A stretch of DNA of 64,000 nt from Octopus bimaculoides (GCF_001194135.2 NC_068985.1:122941044-123005043); one strand, 5' to 3'. Shown: positions 37,511-51,949, counted from the stretch's first letter. The notes: generated by a model not told the origin, from the sequence alone. Program-made: numbers and translations.

Positions 37511-40500
37511 GTCTTTGGTCTTTTTTCTTTTTCTTGTCTTTGGTCTTTTTTCTTTTTCTTCCCACTTCTTTTCCCCTCTTTTCCCAGCTCTTTCATTTTC
37601 TCTCTAAACTACTTCCATATTCACTGCTCAGATTTCCAATACTTTTACTAAGGAAACCACAGGGATTGAAACAGAATCTGTATGCAAGTAAATAATAAAA
37701 TACATCTAATTCAAATTTATGGTGTATTAACTACTTTATTTAGCATGTGAAATTGTGTTCCTACAGAATAGCACCAGAGTTGCCAATCTTGATTTTGTAA
37801 TAACGCCAAATTTTACAAATCACATAAAAACATTCCAAATTTTAAATACCTCAGTGAAACAATATTAAGCATGTTAAAATCTCATTTAACTCACCTTGTA
37901 TTTTATTAAAAGAGAGCTTTACTATTAACCGATTCTGAAATAACATTCTGTCACAAAGCTATTGTAAATCTTTCCGCACAATTAATGCTGGAATACAGAT
38001 TTAGATCTTGTTAATACACTTTAACGTGGATGTTTTCAAAGAGGTGCAGTTTTAAAACTTTATTTTAGTTAATTAAGGACGAAAGTATTTCAGTAATTGC
38101 TGAAGAATGAGGCAATAAAAGAAAGTAAATTAAGTATGTTTTGCAATAAAATGAAGCGATATTCGACACCACATTTTCCTGAAAATATGTGAAAGTAGGA
38201 TTTTGTGATCATTTTCTATTCTGCAGTATCCGTTTACAACATTCTTTATTAACTTGTTCATATTCTTTATGGAATAGGTGCCAAAATTTCGTAAGTAATA
38301 GAATAATTGGCCTGGGACCTTCCTTCAGTAATAGTGGTTGGACCCAAAGCCTCAGACATTCATGTTTGATGAAATTACTGTAAAATCGTTATACATTACT
38401 ATTAAATGAATTCTGAATATTTCTATGTGACGTTATCAAGCAAAACGTATTAATGTCAAGCAGAAAATATTTTAATGGGATTTTGTAATGCCTCTAACAT
38501 TGTTGAACCATCTGGTATGGCAGTAGCTAAAAACAACAACAAAGGTGCAGGCCATTGTGCTAAACATGTTTTCACCAGCTACTCAAATGAAAACTATGTT
38601 GTACCACTAGTATGGAGAATGTTTTTGGATTGGTATTTGTAAATGTTTCAAAATTCTTCAGTTTAGGCATTTAGCACTATTTATAAAATATAAGGAAAAT
38701 ATTTCTAGATATCTCATCTAAATAGCGTAGTAGCTTAATGCAAATTTCAGAAATATACAAGTGCAATGATTGGCAAACACATAATTGGGTGAAAATTTGA
38801 GTTTCTTAACATCCCATTATAATACCAGCATTATTGCTATGGAATCATATTTGGCTTTCAAAGGTGATTTAATCAATAACAAAAAAACGACATCTATACA
38901 ATCATATACTGCAAAAGTAGTTGTGTCCTTAATTTTCAAAATGTTATATAATGATTTCTATATGGGCGGATGAACTCAACAAGGAGTCAAAAATCATGAA
39001 TTAATCCTACAAATATACCGATGCCATTTTAATGATTTTTAAGTCTAACGTTACTGATATTCCTGCCAATTCTTGCACTTGGTTCGTGTACTTGAAATAC
39101 TGTCCTTACGTTTCTTCTGATCCCAGGAAATCTGAACGAGACAAGCACGTTCATAAATGCAAGGATCACCAAAGGTGGATTCACTCAGTTCTGATGAAGA
39201 ACACAATCAATCCCTGTGTTCACAATGTCAGAAATGACTAACAGGTGTATCAATATTCACCAATCACGTGAAAAAACATCTAGGTACCTATGTTTCCACC
39301 ACACGTGGCATAATTTGCTATCTTAAAGTAATATTTAGCATTTTTATGCTTCTCGATCTTTTCATGTCTTTTAAATTTATCTTAAACTAGTTATAATGTG
39401 ACAACTGTATAAGTTTCAGAAAGTTCTATTGACTGATAGCAAGCCAGATAAAAATGTTTCATGTCTCAAAAATACCAATGGTACATTTATTTCTAAGAAG
39501 CATGAATTTTTGTTTCTTTTTCGGAAGATAGTTATCATTACCGTTTTCACCCTTTTCTGAGCTGAAATCCATATTTTTCTATTCACACGTAATAACTTCA
39601 TAAAAACCACTTGAAATCACCGAATTTTTGCAAAAGAAAAAGAAGCAACGTCGTAAAGTGGGACTTGCGCTCTCCACTTTTTTAAGGTGGAAAGATATTA
39701 GATGTAAGAAATCCTAAGGCTTCAAGGATATGTATGGGAAATAAAATATTTCTTTTGTGCCAAAAATTTCAATAAAATTCCTAAAACATAAAAAAAAAAC
39801 GTCGAGGCAATCATACAACATACACTCACTTACACACACACACGTATGTATGTATGTATGTATGTATGTATGTATGTATGTATGTATGTATGCATGTGTG
39901 TATGTATGCATCCATGTATGTATGTATCAAGGGTGAGAGAGAAAGAGAAAGGGAGTTAGATATAAGAGAATGTGAACACGAAAGAAATAATATAGATGAC
40001 ACTATTGGTGGACTGATTTATAAAACATTATTTATTGAATTATTTATTATTTACTAAGTTTATGAATATCCCAGTGAAAAGTACAGAAAATCACAGAAAT
40101 TATCAAAATTTTCCCTTTGCAAATATAAGAAATCTTATTTCTATCATTAGTATACACATACAGTAGCCCCTGTTTAATAGTATTGCGCATTATTAGATGC
40201 AAAGCGTAATGCAATAGTGGTTTAGTAGTAATATAATACTAAAATAAAAAAATGATACCAATGTTTATAAAGTGGTAAATAAGAAAAGGAACACTCTAAG
40301 ATTTAGCCGTTTAGTCAGAATGTTCATTTCCGTATTGCCTGAGACTGTTTAGCTCCAATATCCTTGCATTTTTCGGTAAACCACACAAATTGACAATCAT
40401 CTTTGCTCTCTATTGCTAAGTTAATCGCTGGGATCCTATTCCACACAAATAGTACAATACCTGGTTAAACATGTCAATGCAATATTCCTACAGTATATTC

Positions 40501-41059
40501 TCATAATGTCTAATGCTTATTGAAAACTTCGGTCTATTATACTTCATTCTTGATGATAACACCGTCTTAAAACATGTATCATGTTTACTGTGAATTTCCT
40601 TATAATATAATTCCTTAATAACTTAATATTTCATGGAAGAATAACAGAAGAAATTACTTCATCATGCACTTATGTCACCTGGTTTGTCAAAGCTGTTTTC
40701 GTGAGAAAATGACCATCATGTATCAACTACAAATGTCTATAAGTGAAACTTTGTGAGTCATTAGTAAACAATTCGCGAAATTCTTGGTGAAGTGTTTATA
40801 TTACTATCGAGATAATATGTAACATCTAACTGAAAACGCGTTTATAATCCCAGTTTATCATTTTTAATATAATGGCTTTCTTTGTACCATCCACTGCATC
40901 TGACCGAAGGAGATAAAAATACGTAACACACATAATTTATCCTGCAAGCGAAGAATACGAATTTCTAGTCTTGTTATCTGTGCATTTTCTCCGTTATTTT
41001 TTCCCGCCGAAGTTAAATCCTTTTATTAGCTGGTACAAGTTGTTGAAATTGCAAATGTG

Positions 41060-42120
41060 GGTACCGTAACTCTCCCTCTATACAAAAGTACTACTCAACA
41101 TAGTCTCCAGCATCGGCAATGCATTTGGAAAAATATAAACTGAGCACTGTTTTACCCATTTCTTTCACCTTGTTTGTAACATCAAATCTTTATTCATATA
41201 GACTATACAGCATTGGATTAAACAGATGAAATTCGAATAACGCTAGATCCAGACTGTATGATGTATAGGGGACCACTGACCAGCCCAATTTGTCGATTGT
41301 CTGATTTGTTGCCAAAGTTAAGTACGATCACGCATTACTATTGTGAATTTGGATTGTTTGCAAATTCTTGTTCGGCCACTTCCTGCTACTAATGGCTTAT
41401 CATAGCTTTGTGGGTCTCTCAATGTAGCTCTCTCTCTTCACCATACAGCCACAGTTTAGAAAATCAAGCAGAATGACTCTTTTGTTACCCCCCCCCTAAA
41501 AAAACATTCACTGCAAACTTCTAGATCGATCGCTGGCATTTGATATTCTTAGGCTTTGGAGAAGACTGTGGATCCATTCCCTGGACTGAGCCTTCGTTTC
41601 CGGATCATAAAGATTAATTCTTTGAAACACTTCCAGCAGATCACAGCAGACACCTATCCATCTTTCCTTCAAATCTAGTTTCAACTTGCAAACTATTGAC
41701 TTTGCAGTCAGTTTCCGCCATCTTCTGTAAAGCATCTTGATCACAATTCAGTTGCTCGGCAACCCCACGCTTGGATTAAAACTCATCTCTCTGAGTGGAT
41801 CAGTTCATTTACATTGAGGAGAATCATGTCAATGGTTGTAGTAAATGGTCTCTCACTGCGTGGCTTCTCTACAATGCTGGCTTCCCCTTCTTCAAATTTT
41901 TTCATCCATCTGTGAACGTTGTTCTTGATAATGGTATCATCTCAGTAAACAATCTGGGATGATAACATATTGCTTCAGCTTGGTGCAAAACACTTTCGAT
42001 AGAGGAGGAGTTACTCTAATTGTACGTACAATTTGAATAACCCGTGTCAGTTAATGATATAGGCCGCATTTTTGTATTAATTCAGTAAAACTCATACATA
42101 ATTCTTTGACGAGGCACTAT
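41060..42120 (-). mobile_element. Near-full-length degenerate mariner (DD34D-type) transposase relic
   Basis: HRWMKKFEEGEASIVEKPRSERP, YDPETKAQSREW, LGWSVVPYTSYSLDLALFEFHLF (HPPYSPDL motif) and terminal KCIADAGDYVE*; many stops and frameshifts. Confidence 0.85.
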
Positions 42121-42998
42121 TAGGTACGTTCATAAATTTCTGGATGCAGTGATCATATACACTCTGAGAGCACATTGCAATCAAAGGATAGAGTTAGTGC
42201 TACGACTACGAATCCAATTGATTGAGGTCCTTTGAAGTCGATTTCTTGTGATGACATATTGGCAGAATCATTAGTACATCGGACAAAATTTCTTGAATAT
42301 TTGTTCCGTTTCTCTACGTTCTGAATTCAAATGCTTGAGCTTAACTTTGCTCTTCATCCTAGTGAGGGTGACAAATGAGGTACCAGTTCTGGGCGGTGGT
42401 TTTGTAGAATCGCTACAGTGTTGGATATAATACATTTGTGTCGGTTCTTTAGCACCTACGTTCGCCTGCCATGAACACTGGGATTAAATTGTCTCGAACT
42501 TTGCCTTTCGTTGGGGAAAGATCGTGGACCAAAGAGGAGAGATTTGTTGGATATATGCCTCCTCTTCCTCCATAAAGAATTCCTTTGCCAAGCCTGTATC
42601 CTTGGGATAAAGAGTCAACATTCTAGACGGAGTTCTATGTTCAACCCTGACCGATATGGACTTTATATCGTTCTTACAGCACAGCTAAAATATATCCCAT
42701 CATAGAATATCGTTTAATATATATATATTAAGGTAAATAAATATTTTCTGCACGTTTCCTTATAAGTACATGCGACATGGAAGATACACACAGAAGAATA
42801 TAATGGACATTAAAAACAATCGGAAACGGTTCAATAGTTAAAGAAATTCTGAATTTAGCTGAAGATATTTTGTACACTACACCTAAAAATATTTTCGTTT
42901 GGGTAATTATTTATAAGCACTATATTAATCTCGAAGGGAGACAATAGTTTTCATTTTCCGTCAAATTGAAATTTACTGTTATTGGTTTGTAAATTACT

Positions 42999-43046
<48 letters not shown>

Positions 43047-43307
43047 NNNNNNNNNNNNNNNNNNNNNNNNNNNNNNNNNNNNNNNNNNNNNNNNNNNNNN
43101 NNNNNNNNNNNNNNNNNNNNNNNNNNNNNNNNNNNNNNNNNNNNNNNNNNNNNNNNNNNNNNNNNNNNNNNNNNNNNNNNNNNNNNNNNNNNNNNNNNNN
43201 NNNNNNNNNNNNNNNNNNNNNNNNNNNNNNNNNNNNNNNNNNNNNNNNNNNNNNNNNNNNNNNNNNNNNNNNNNNNNNNNNNNNNNNNNNNNNNNNNNNN
43301 NNNNNNN

Positions 43308-43359
<52 letters not shown>

Positions 43360-43390
43360 GCATGTATATATATAGATATAGATATAAACA

Positions 43391-43461
43391 TGAAGTAGAA
43401 AGAGTACAAACATCTGTCAAAAAGTGGGACAATTTCAATACACCCTTAAGGCGGCGAGCTA
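43391..43461 (-). repeat. 71-bp inverted copy of 44591-44665 lodged in (TA)n
   Basis: TGAAGTAGAAAGAGTACAAACATCTGTCAAAAAGTGGGACAATTTCAATACACCCTTAAGGCGGCGAGCTA matches the reverse complement of 44591-44665 with 2 substitutions and a 4-bp indel. Confidence 0.9.
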
Positions 43462-44091
43462 TATATATATATATATATATATATACATGTGCATGTAATG
43501 TGTGTATGTGAGAGAGAGAGAAAGAAAGAAACCGTGAGAGAGAAAGAAATGGGGAGAGAGAAGAGAAGCTGAGAGATAGAAAGATATATTGACGGAATGA
43601 TTGATGTAGTTTAAGAAAAACTCAATTTCGTATTCATGAGAATATTAAAAAAAAAGCTATAAAAATCTTTGAATTTTGAACAGTAAATTTAGACAAGAAA
43701 TATCGCATTGAATCTCGAAGACGAAAATAGCAAAATTTCAAGCTTAATCATGTACCATCTAATATGTTTACACAATAGAACCAGTAATAGAATATTTGTG
43801 AAATGTGTGTCTCTGAAAATATTTTTTATAATAATGTATATGTAGGTGCTTATAAGTGTTCATATATGTATATTTGTATGTACGGCGTTTTTTATTATTT
43901 GAAATTCTCCTATAAAGATGGACGTGGTTCAACATTTTTTTAATATTTGCCTTGCATCAACAGTCTTCCGAGATGCGGTTTGTCATACTTCATATCATAT
44001 TTCCGAGATTCTAATGACTCTTCGAGCGTCATTAGAATCTGTATGTCCAGATACGCTCCACATAACGGCCTGTTATTTGTTGGTTGCCATG

Positions 44092-44183
44092 GTGCTCAGA
44101 ATGTGCCAATTTTGTGCTCAGAATGTGCCAGTTTTGTGCTCAGAATGTGCCAGTTTTGTGCTCAGAATGTGCCAGTTTTGTGC
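44092..44183. repeat. 4 x 22-bp minisatellite GTGCTCAGAATGTGCCAGTTTT
   Basis: Units at 44092, 44114, 44136 and 44158. Confidence 0.95.
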
Positions 44184-44394
44184 ATTATTGTTAATCTCTC
44201 TGGTAGTGAATCTTATACTCCACTTGTGGGCTAGTGTGCTTAACACCACTTCAGCCTGTCGCCTCATTTAATTTTTAGTTTTGAAAATAAGGCACAAAGA
44301 TTCAAATGCCCTTTCAAGATCGACGACAACCACAATGTTCAACACATCAAGTTGTTCTTCGTTTATCTGATCAATTGACGGTGTATTAAAATTG

Positions 44395-44607
44395 ATTTCA
44401 AATTTTGGCACAAGGCCAGCACATTCGGGAGAGCGAATTAGTCGATTACATCGACCCCAGTGTTAAGTTGGTACTTATTTTATCGACACCGAAATGATGA
44501 AAAGCAACGTCGTCTTCGGCGGAATTTGAACTCAGAACGTAAAGACAGATAAGTACTGCCAAGCATTTTCTCCATTGTTAACGAGTCTGCTAGCTCGCCG
44601 CCTTAAG
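44395..44607 (-). mobile_element. SINE family A, full length, with a 15-bp TSD
   Basis: GGTGTATT(A/G)AAATTG at 44380-44394 and 44608-44622. Confidence 0.88.
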
Positions 44608-45423
44608 GGTGTATTGAAATTGTCTCACTTTTTGACAGGCAGATGTTTGTACTCCTTCTACTTCAATAAAATCGTCAGGTAAGGAATTAGAAACTTTAGC
44701 AACCTACGGATCCAACATTTTTTTTCTGAGAGTTATCTCATATTCAGAATTATGTTTTGTTATGTGACTCTACATTTGACAGTACTTTGCTTTGTGTGCG
44801 AAATTGTTATTTTTTGCGGAGTGTTAATAATGGTCTGTTGAAGTCGTGTTATTGCTTATTTTCATCTTTCAATTTTATGCTTTTTAAATCCATTTTCTTG
44901 CTTACAAATGTTCGAAGACTTTTCAAAATATTTGGCGCTTGAACCAGGCGAAGATTTTGTTATCCAAACAAGCAAATATTGACAAAAAGGTATATAGAAA
45001 AATTTCCAACAACTAACTTAATTTTTTTCAATCCCAAAATGAAGAGAGGATTAATGGAGATGTTCCAAAGCACAATAACTCACCCCTTCCAAAACATATC
45101 TTTCAGTATGCATAGAATGATTATTCGCTTCTTTCTAGGATCTGTTTGAACACGTCCATTTTCCCTCAAAACACAACGATGATCACAACTTCACACACAC
45201 AATCACCACCAGTAGTAGCGCCAACCATCCACCACCACCACCACCACCACCACCNNNNNNNNNNNNNNNNNNNNNNNNNNNNNNNNNNNNNNNNNNNNNN
45301 NNNNNNNNNNNNNNNNNNNNNNNNNNNNNNNNNNNNNNNNNNNNNNNNNNNNNNNNNNNNNNNNNNNNNNNNNNNNNNNNNNNNNACCACCACCACCACC
45401 ACCACCACAACAACAACAACACC

Positions 45424-45466
<43 letters not shown>

Positions 45467-46974
45467 CAGTTTCCAAATAGAATGAAGTGAAGAGCCTAGA
45501 TAGGTAAAGAAGAAATCTATTGGCTTTATTCTGAGCTCACCATCCTAAGCACGTAATGGAAGTCGCCTGATACAAATAGATAATATAAAATAACCATATT
45601 TGATCTAGAAAAATAGTTTTAAGAATCCAAAATTAAACTGGTTTGTATTCTTATAGACCATGGAAAATACAATAAAAAAGACTTTCTTTCTTTATATAAC
45701 AGAACAATAGAAAGCTAAATATATTGAGAGAGAAAAAAACTATAAAGACATTGTGTATATCCAAAGAGTTATAGAGCCATAATAATGGAAAATACAATTC
45801 ATTCATTGTCAATATCTGACGATGAAGGAAGTGAACTAATATGAAAGCCAAAATAACACAAATTTAGTTATTTTAACTGCTCAAGATCAATGCTTAATCA
45901 TTAAGAGCAACCAGATTAAAGTTATTGAACAAAAATTAAATGTGAGCTGTAGCCTATGAACCAATAAGCAATTTACCGTCTCATTTCAGAAGAAAACTTC
46001 AAGCAAAGATATAATATATTCACAGATATGATGAAGGAGGTAGTTCTTTTCATTGGCAATATCAACGTTTTTTCCCCCCTTTAACCGGTTTCAGTCACTG
46101 CACCGATATTGGGAGACCACCTTCATTTCTTTGTTAGTCAATTATACCGATTCGATTACTTGGTCTGATATCTATTTAATTGACTTCCGCTGAATAAAAA
46201 TCAAGCTCCACCCGGATCGGATTTGAACTGGAAGTGTTACCGGTTCTAGCAAACCACCACAGCAGATTATTAATACTGAAGTATGTTGCTATTTGGACAT
46301 CAGAATTGGAAATAAATGGTATAACACCAAAGACAGTATTTGACAATGAGAAAACTATTCTTGACTGGAAGATATCTACCTGAACTGATAAGAAGAAGCA
46401 ATACGTAGACTCTAGATTTTCAAAGGTAGAAACATGTGCTAGGTTACATCCAATAAAATGCCAGGGTAGTTCACTGACTGGTATGAATACACTCAAAGAC
46501 ATGCTTATATTTCTGACCCATAGACGTGCGGGTTCCACTCTTTGTATCTACTCTGCTACTACAATGTCCTCTGCTTTTCGGAGTTCACTCTTGTCCTACC
46601 ACAACTCAAGCATTCTCGAGAGTCCCTCGTCTCCTCCCTTCATCAATCATGCTGTGTCCTTTCAGCAGATCCCACAATGAGCGATACACCTTGCCTTTTA
46701 CTCCAGAACGATGGCCTTGGAATTCACCCTCCGAGTACATAATAGTTTTGCAGTTGTTTTTCAACAATTTAAGCGTGATGCGAACGGTATTCCTCTCACT
46801 ATTTCCAAAGGACCTGCGAAGAGTATGGCTTTTTTTCCAGCCTTTAATGAGGCAAGTCAATTTTGACTCCTTTAGAAGCACAAAGACGATTACTACACAC
46901 ACCACGAAAATATTATCGCATCTCATCCCCACAATCATAATGCGTATCCACTTAGAACACTGAAGATAGCCACT

Positions 46975-47240
46975 GATGTTAAGAGTGTCCCTCCATGCCA
47001 ATGAAATCCTCAACATAGCAAAGACTCTATCACAAAGACTGATCTACCATTTCAAAGCTAGGAGATATTTCAACCTCCACCGAATACTTACCCTATACAA
47101 AAACACAAGTAAGATGCACCATAGAATATTGCTCCCACGAACAATGTTGCTGCTACATATGCTACATCATAGACCGTATTCAGTAAAGGACCAGATTAGA
47201 ATGATGTCGCTCACACAACAAAATCTCTGACATTCAAACG
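46975..47240 (+). mobile_element. CR1/L2-group LINE RT C-terminal relic
   Basis: ILNIAKTLSQRL..HFKARRYF....LTLYK / QVRCTIEYCSH / IDRIQ*R; the upstream 46480-46975 may be more decayed parts of the same element. Confidence 0.6.
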
Positions 47241-47262
47241 TGCTCTCTAATCTCTCTACCTT

Positions 47263-47349
<87 letters not shown>
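47263..47349. repeat. (CTA)n microsatellite
   Basis: Direct reading. Confidence 0.95.
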
Positions 47350-47536
47350 CCTCGCCATACAATTTGTGTGCACTCCTACCAGCTTCCAGACTCACAACTG
47401 CAATCATTCCACCATACGAACGTCGACAGGCCCTCTGTAATTACAAAACCGGCAGCTGTCATACTGTAGCTCTTCAAGAGGAATAGTAACCATGTCGATA
47501 TTACCGATTGTGGTGACGGATGTTTCGGGGTTACTA

Positions 47537-48118
47537 TCAGGTCATCCCATAAGTTCTGTCCGATTTGATCTTTTTTAAAATTGAATGAAATTTAATAGTA
47601 TTTTAGAATGTCTAATGGAATTAAAAATTATTTTTATGCATTTGTGTACATTTAAACTAATTTAATATTATTTTACAGAATAAAAGAATTAAAATTTCTT
47701 TGATTAAAACCCTTTCTAACATGGAAGTATCCAAAACCATTTCAGGCACATAATGCTTTATGAGTACAAAAAAGGAAACTCTGCAGTCGCAGTGACTTGA
47801 AACAGACACTCAGTTTATGGGAAAGAATGCTTGAATGAAAGAACTTGCAGAAGATGGTTTGCAAAATTCAGAAGTGGAGATTTCAGCCCTGAAGATGAAG
47901 ATCGAAAAGAACTTCCAGTTGAGTTTGATGATAAGCTCCTTGAGGCATTACTTGAAGAAAATCCTGCATTATCAGTTGAAGAATTGGCAATGAAGCTTAG
48001 TTCAAACCATACAACTGTTCATCATCATCTTCAACAACTTGGCAAGGTTCCTAAACTTGGAAAATAGGTGCCTCATGAATTGTCCGAAAACAACCGCAAA
48101 TCTCGAGTTGACATCTGC
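47537..48118 (+). mobile_element. 5' half of a mariner (Mos1/Hsmar-like) transposon
   Basis: TA + TIR-like TCAGGTCATCCCATAAGTTCTGTCCGATTT; HFRHIMLYEYKKG, ERTCRRWFAKFRSGDFSPED, *VPHEL (WVPHEL with W changed to stop); truncated by a SINE. Confidence 0.88.
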
Positions 48119-48119
48119 C

Positions 48120-48300
48120 AGTCCATCGTAGCTTTACCCAAGTAACAGGAAGAAAGAGTGAGAGAAAGAAGGGGCGAAAGAGTACAACAGGGGTCGCCAT
48201 CACCCCCTGCCAGAGCTTTAGGTGTTTTCGCTCAATAAACGCACACAATGCCCGGTCTGGGAATCGAAACCGCGATCCTCCACTTGGCCATTGCGCCTCT
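48120..48300 (-). mobile_element. tRNA-derived SINE, internally deleted
   Basis: Reverse strand: AGAGGCGCAATGGCCAAGTGG...GGTTTCGATTCCCAGACCGGGC...TGAGCGAAAACACCTAAAGCTC. Confidence 0.75.
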
Positions 48301-48374
48301 ACAAACATATTACTATTATAATTATTATTTATATTGTTACTAAGATACTTGCCGGGGAGTCGACTGTACTCTTT

Positions 48375-48690
48375 AAGGCAGTGAGTTAGCAGAATCGTTA
48401 GCACGCTGAACTAAGTGCTTAGCGGCATTTCGCTCGTCTTTACGTTCTGAGTTCAAATTCCGCCGAGGTCAATTTTGCCTTTTATCCTTCCAGGGTCGAT
48501 GACATAAGTACCAGTTGAGTACTGGCGTCGAAGTAATTGACTAGTCTCCCTCCCACAAGAATTTCAGACCTTGTGCCTATAGTAGAAAGTAGAACAATTA
48601 GCACAAGTTAAACACTGTATTCGATGTAATCGACAAGTACACTCCTCCGAAATTGCTGGCCTTGTACCAAAATTTGAAAACGATATTGTT
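48375..48690. mobile_element. Full + strand family A SINE (48375-48593) followed by an inverted family A tail fragment (48600-48690)
   Basis: AAGGCAGTGAGTTAGCAG head through GTGCCTATAGTAGAAAG; then GATGTAATCGAC...GGCCTTGTACCAAAATTTGAAA, a variant tail whose orientation relative to the first copy was judged by eye. Confidence 0.6.
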
Positions 48691-49043
48691 ATAAAAACCA
48701 GATTCTCTTCCAATTCCAATTTTCTGAGCTTCTAACTTCAAAAAAATTGTACAAATACAAAGAAAAACATGTGGGCATGCATACATCCTGGCTTCTTATA
48801 CGACACATCTTATAACCATCCATTCCAGCATTCAGTCGAGAGAGCCTAACGTGTACACACTGCTTGAAGAAACAGTCGCCAAGGCAACAGGTATTTTGAG
48901 AAAAGAAATGTCACACTGCATGATAAATAACAGGTTGGAAAATAGACATACAAGCATACATACACACACACACGCACAGATACATGCATACATGGATACA
49001 TATAGGCATGCATACATGGATACATATAGGCATGCATACACAC

Positions 49044-49106
<63 letters not shown>

Positions 49107-49198
49107 AATATGTATATACATATATAAATATATATGTATANNNNNNNNNNNNNNNNNNNNNNNNNNNNNNNNNNNNNNNNNNNNNNNNNNNNNNNNNN

Positions 49199-49230
<32 letters not shown>

Positions 49231-49341
49231 TCATATTTATAATTACACAGTTATGCATACACATATGGTCACAGATATAGGTATTCATTCATATATAAGC
49301 ATGCATAGCGGTGTACATATACATACACACACACACACGCG

Positions 49342-49389
<48 letters not shown>

Positions 49390-50963
49390 CGCATATACAC
49401 ATATATATGTCTATCATCCATCTATCCATCCATCCATCCATCCATCCATACGTACAGATATATCTTTCGACAGGAAAGCACTCATATAAATACACATATT
49501 CATAGCTATTTCTGTTTGTGTAGGATATATTTAACGATTTAAATGAGGTGAAAATCTACATTTCATTTGGCTCATTAGAATTAGAGCTGCTAAGTATCAT
49601 GTTAATTCACTGTGAAAATCTAGTGACAGCTACATTGTCTGCATTCGCCTCCTCCTCCTACTCCTGCATGTCATCATCATCACCATCATTATCCTCCTCC
49701 TCTTCCTCCTCCTCCTCCTCCTCATCATCATCATTATCATCACCACTATCACTGTAACTATCACCATGGCCACCACGATCAACACCGTCGCTATATCCAC
49801 AAAAACCCCCTCCACGAGCACCATCACCGCCGCCGCCACCAAGTATGTGTGTATGTATGTGTGTATGTGTGAGTGTGTGTCCAAGTGTATATACACCCAA
49901 CTACACACACACACACACACACAAATACATATATATATATANNNNNNNNNNNNNNNNNNNNNNNNNNNNNNNNNNNNNNNNNNNNNNNNNNNNNNNNNNN
50001 NNNNNNNNNNNNNNNNNNNNNNNNNNNNNNNNNNNNNNNNNNNNNNNNNNNNNNNNNNNNNNNNNNNNNNNNNNNNNNNNNNNNNNNNNNNNNNNNNNNN
50101 NNNNNNNNNNNNNNNNNNNNNNNNNNNNNNNNNNNNNNNNNNNNNNNNNNNNNNNNNNNNNNNNNNNNNNNNNNNNNNNNNNNNNNNNNNNNNNNNNNNN
50201 NNNNNNNNNNNNNNNNNNNNNNNNNNNNNNNNNNNNNNNNNNNNNNNNNNNNNNNNNNNNNNNNNNNNNNNNNNNNNNNNNNNNNNNNNNNNNNNNNNNN
50301 NNNNNNNNNNNNNNNNNNNNNNNNNNNNNNNNNNNNNNNNNNNNNNNNNNNNNNNNNNNNNNNNNNNNNNNNNNNNNNNNNNNNNNNNNNNNNNNNNNNN
50401 NNNNNNNNNNNNNNNNNNNNNNNNNNNNNNNNNNNNNNNNNNNNNNNNNNNNNNNNNNNNNNNNNNNNNNNNNNNNNNNNNNNNNNNNNNNNNNNNNNNN
50501 NNNNNNNNNNNNNNNNNNNNNNNNNNNNNNNNNNNNNNNNNNNNNNNNNNNNNNNNNNNNNNNNNNNNNNNNNNNNNNNNNNNNNNNNNNNNNNNNNNNN
50601 NNNNNNNNNNNNNNNNNNNNNNNNNNNNNNNNNNNNNNNNNNNNNNNNNNNNNNNNNNNNNNNNNNNNNNNNNNNNNNNNNNNNNNNNNNNNNNNNNNNN
50701 NNNNNNNNNNNNNNNNNNNNNNNNNNNNNNNNNNNNNNNNNNNNNNNNNNNNNNNNNNNNNNNNNNNNNNNNNNNNNNNNNNNNNNNNNNNNNNNNNNNN
50801 NNNNNNNNNNNNNNNNNNNNNNNNNNNNNNNNNNNNNNNNNNNNNNNNNNNNNNNNNNNNNNNNNNNNNNNNNNNNNNNNNNNNNNTATATATATATATA
50901 TACATATATATATACTATGCACATGTAATGTACATGTGCTCATATCTGTCTTTGTATGTTCGT

Positions 50964-51011
<48 letters not shown>

Positions 51012-51559
51012 GAATATATTGATATCGTTTCTAATTTTTAGACTCTTCTGTAAAACAGTGTTCAGCTTTCCTCACTAAGAAACAGGGGTCCTTCGCTGAA
51101 TCTTGGAAAACAACAAAAGGAGAGATTTACAAGTTGAATGCATTGTAATATCTTGTACATTTTGGTTTGTTTGTGTGTAGGGTTTTGTATTTAGATTCGA
51201 CTCGCTCTCTTTTTTTATCCCTGTTCCTCTACTTCTGTCTGTCTGTTTGACTCTTTCTCTCTCTCCCTCCCTCTCTCTCTCTCTCCCTCCCTCTCTCTCT
51301 GTCTCTCTGTCTCTCTGTCTCTCTCTCTCTCTCTCCCTCCCTCTCTCTCTCTCTTTGTATTTGCGCAACTCGTGTATTTCACTTAACCTATGTTACGTTT
51401 ACTATATTACTCATACGCCAATGTTCATCATATGTCGACTCTCTTGATAGGCAAAATATGTGCTAAGAAAGACGAAAAACGAAAAGAAAGATGAAGGGTA
51501 ATAATCCATCCATGTTTCTTTTTATCGATCCCACCATATTCGCCTCCCACTATTCTTGT

Positions 51560-51800
51560 GTGGATCATGTGGGTAGAGTTCTCAAGTACCTCCTCCATAC
51601 GATCCCATCAGAAACAACCATTTCCGGCTGGATTTCGCAGCGCCGCCAGCTGAGACTCTGGATATTACCCGACCATCTTGTTCTTGAGTTACCTGAAGGT
51701 TTTCTGCCACGTGACTTAGCTCGAAGGATACATATTGCGATTTGTATCAGTGATATTCTAATTACATTTCGGTCGTGCAGGAGGTGGGATCTCTGAGAAT
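51560..51800 (-). mobile_element. RTE-clade (Expander-like) LINE 3' end relic
   Basis: AKSRGRKPSGNSRTRWSGNIQSLSW.R...PEMVVSDGIVWRRYLRTLP, matching the RTE C-terminal R.RGRPRTRW pattern. Confidence 0.65.
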
Positions 51801-51949
51801 TAGCAGTTCGACCTGGAGAGATTCTCAGATCTGTTTAATAAAAAAGTCAAGAACGACGCTGAAAATGTTTAATATATGTCAAGTAGGCACTGTAATAATT
51901 TTAAGCCTGAATGTTCCGAATATTGGTATAATGATAACTTTGTAGAAGT

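Noticed and set aside
38476-38643. 55-aa ORF MGFCNAS...WYL
   Set aside because: Short, no homology recognised, no splice support.
47515-47545. Reverse-strand CTGATAG...CCCCGAAAC resembling a hammerhead
   Set aside because: The CTGA comes from the mariner terminus, the core is wrong, and there is no stem II.
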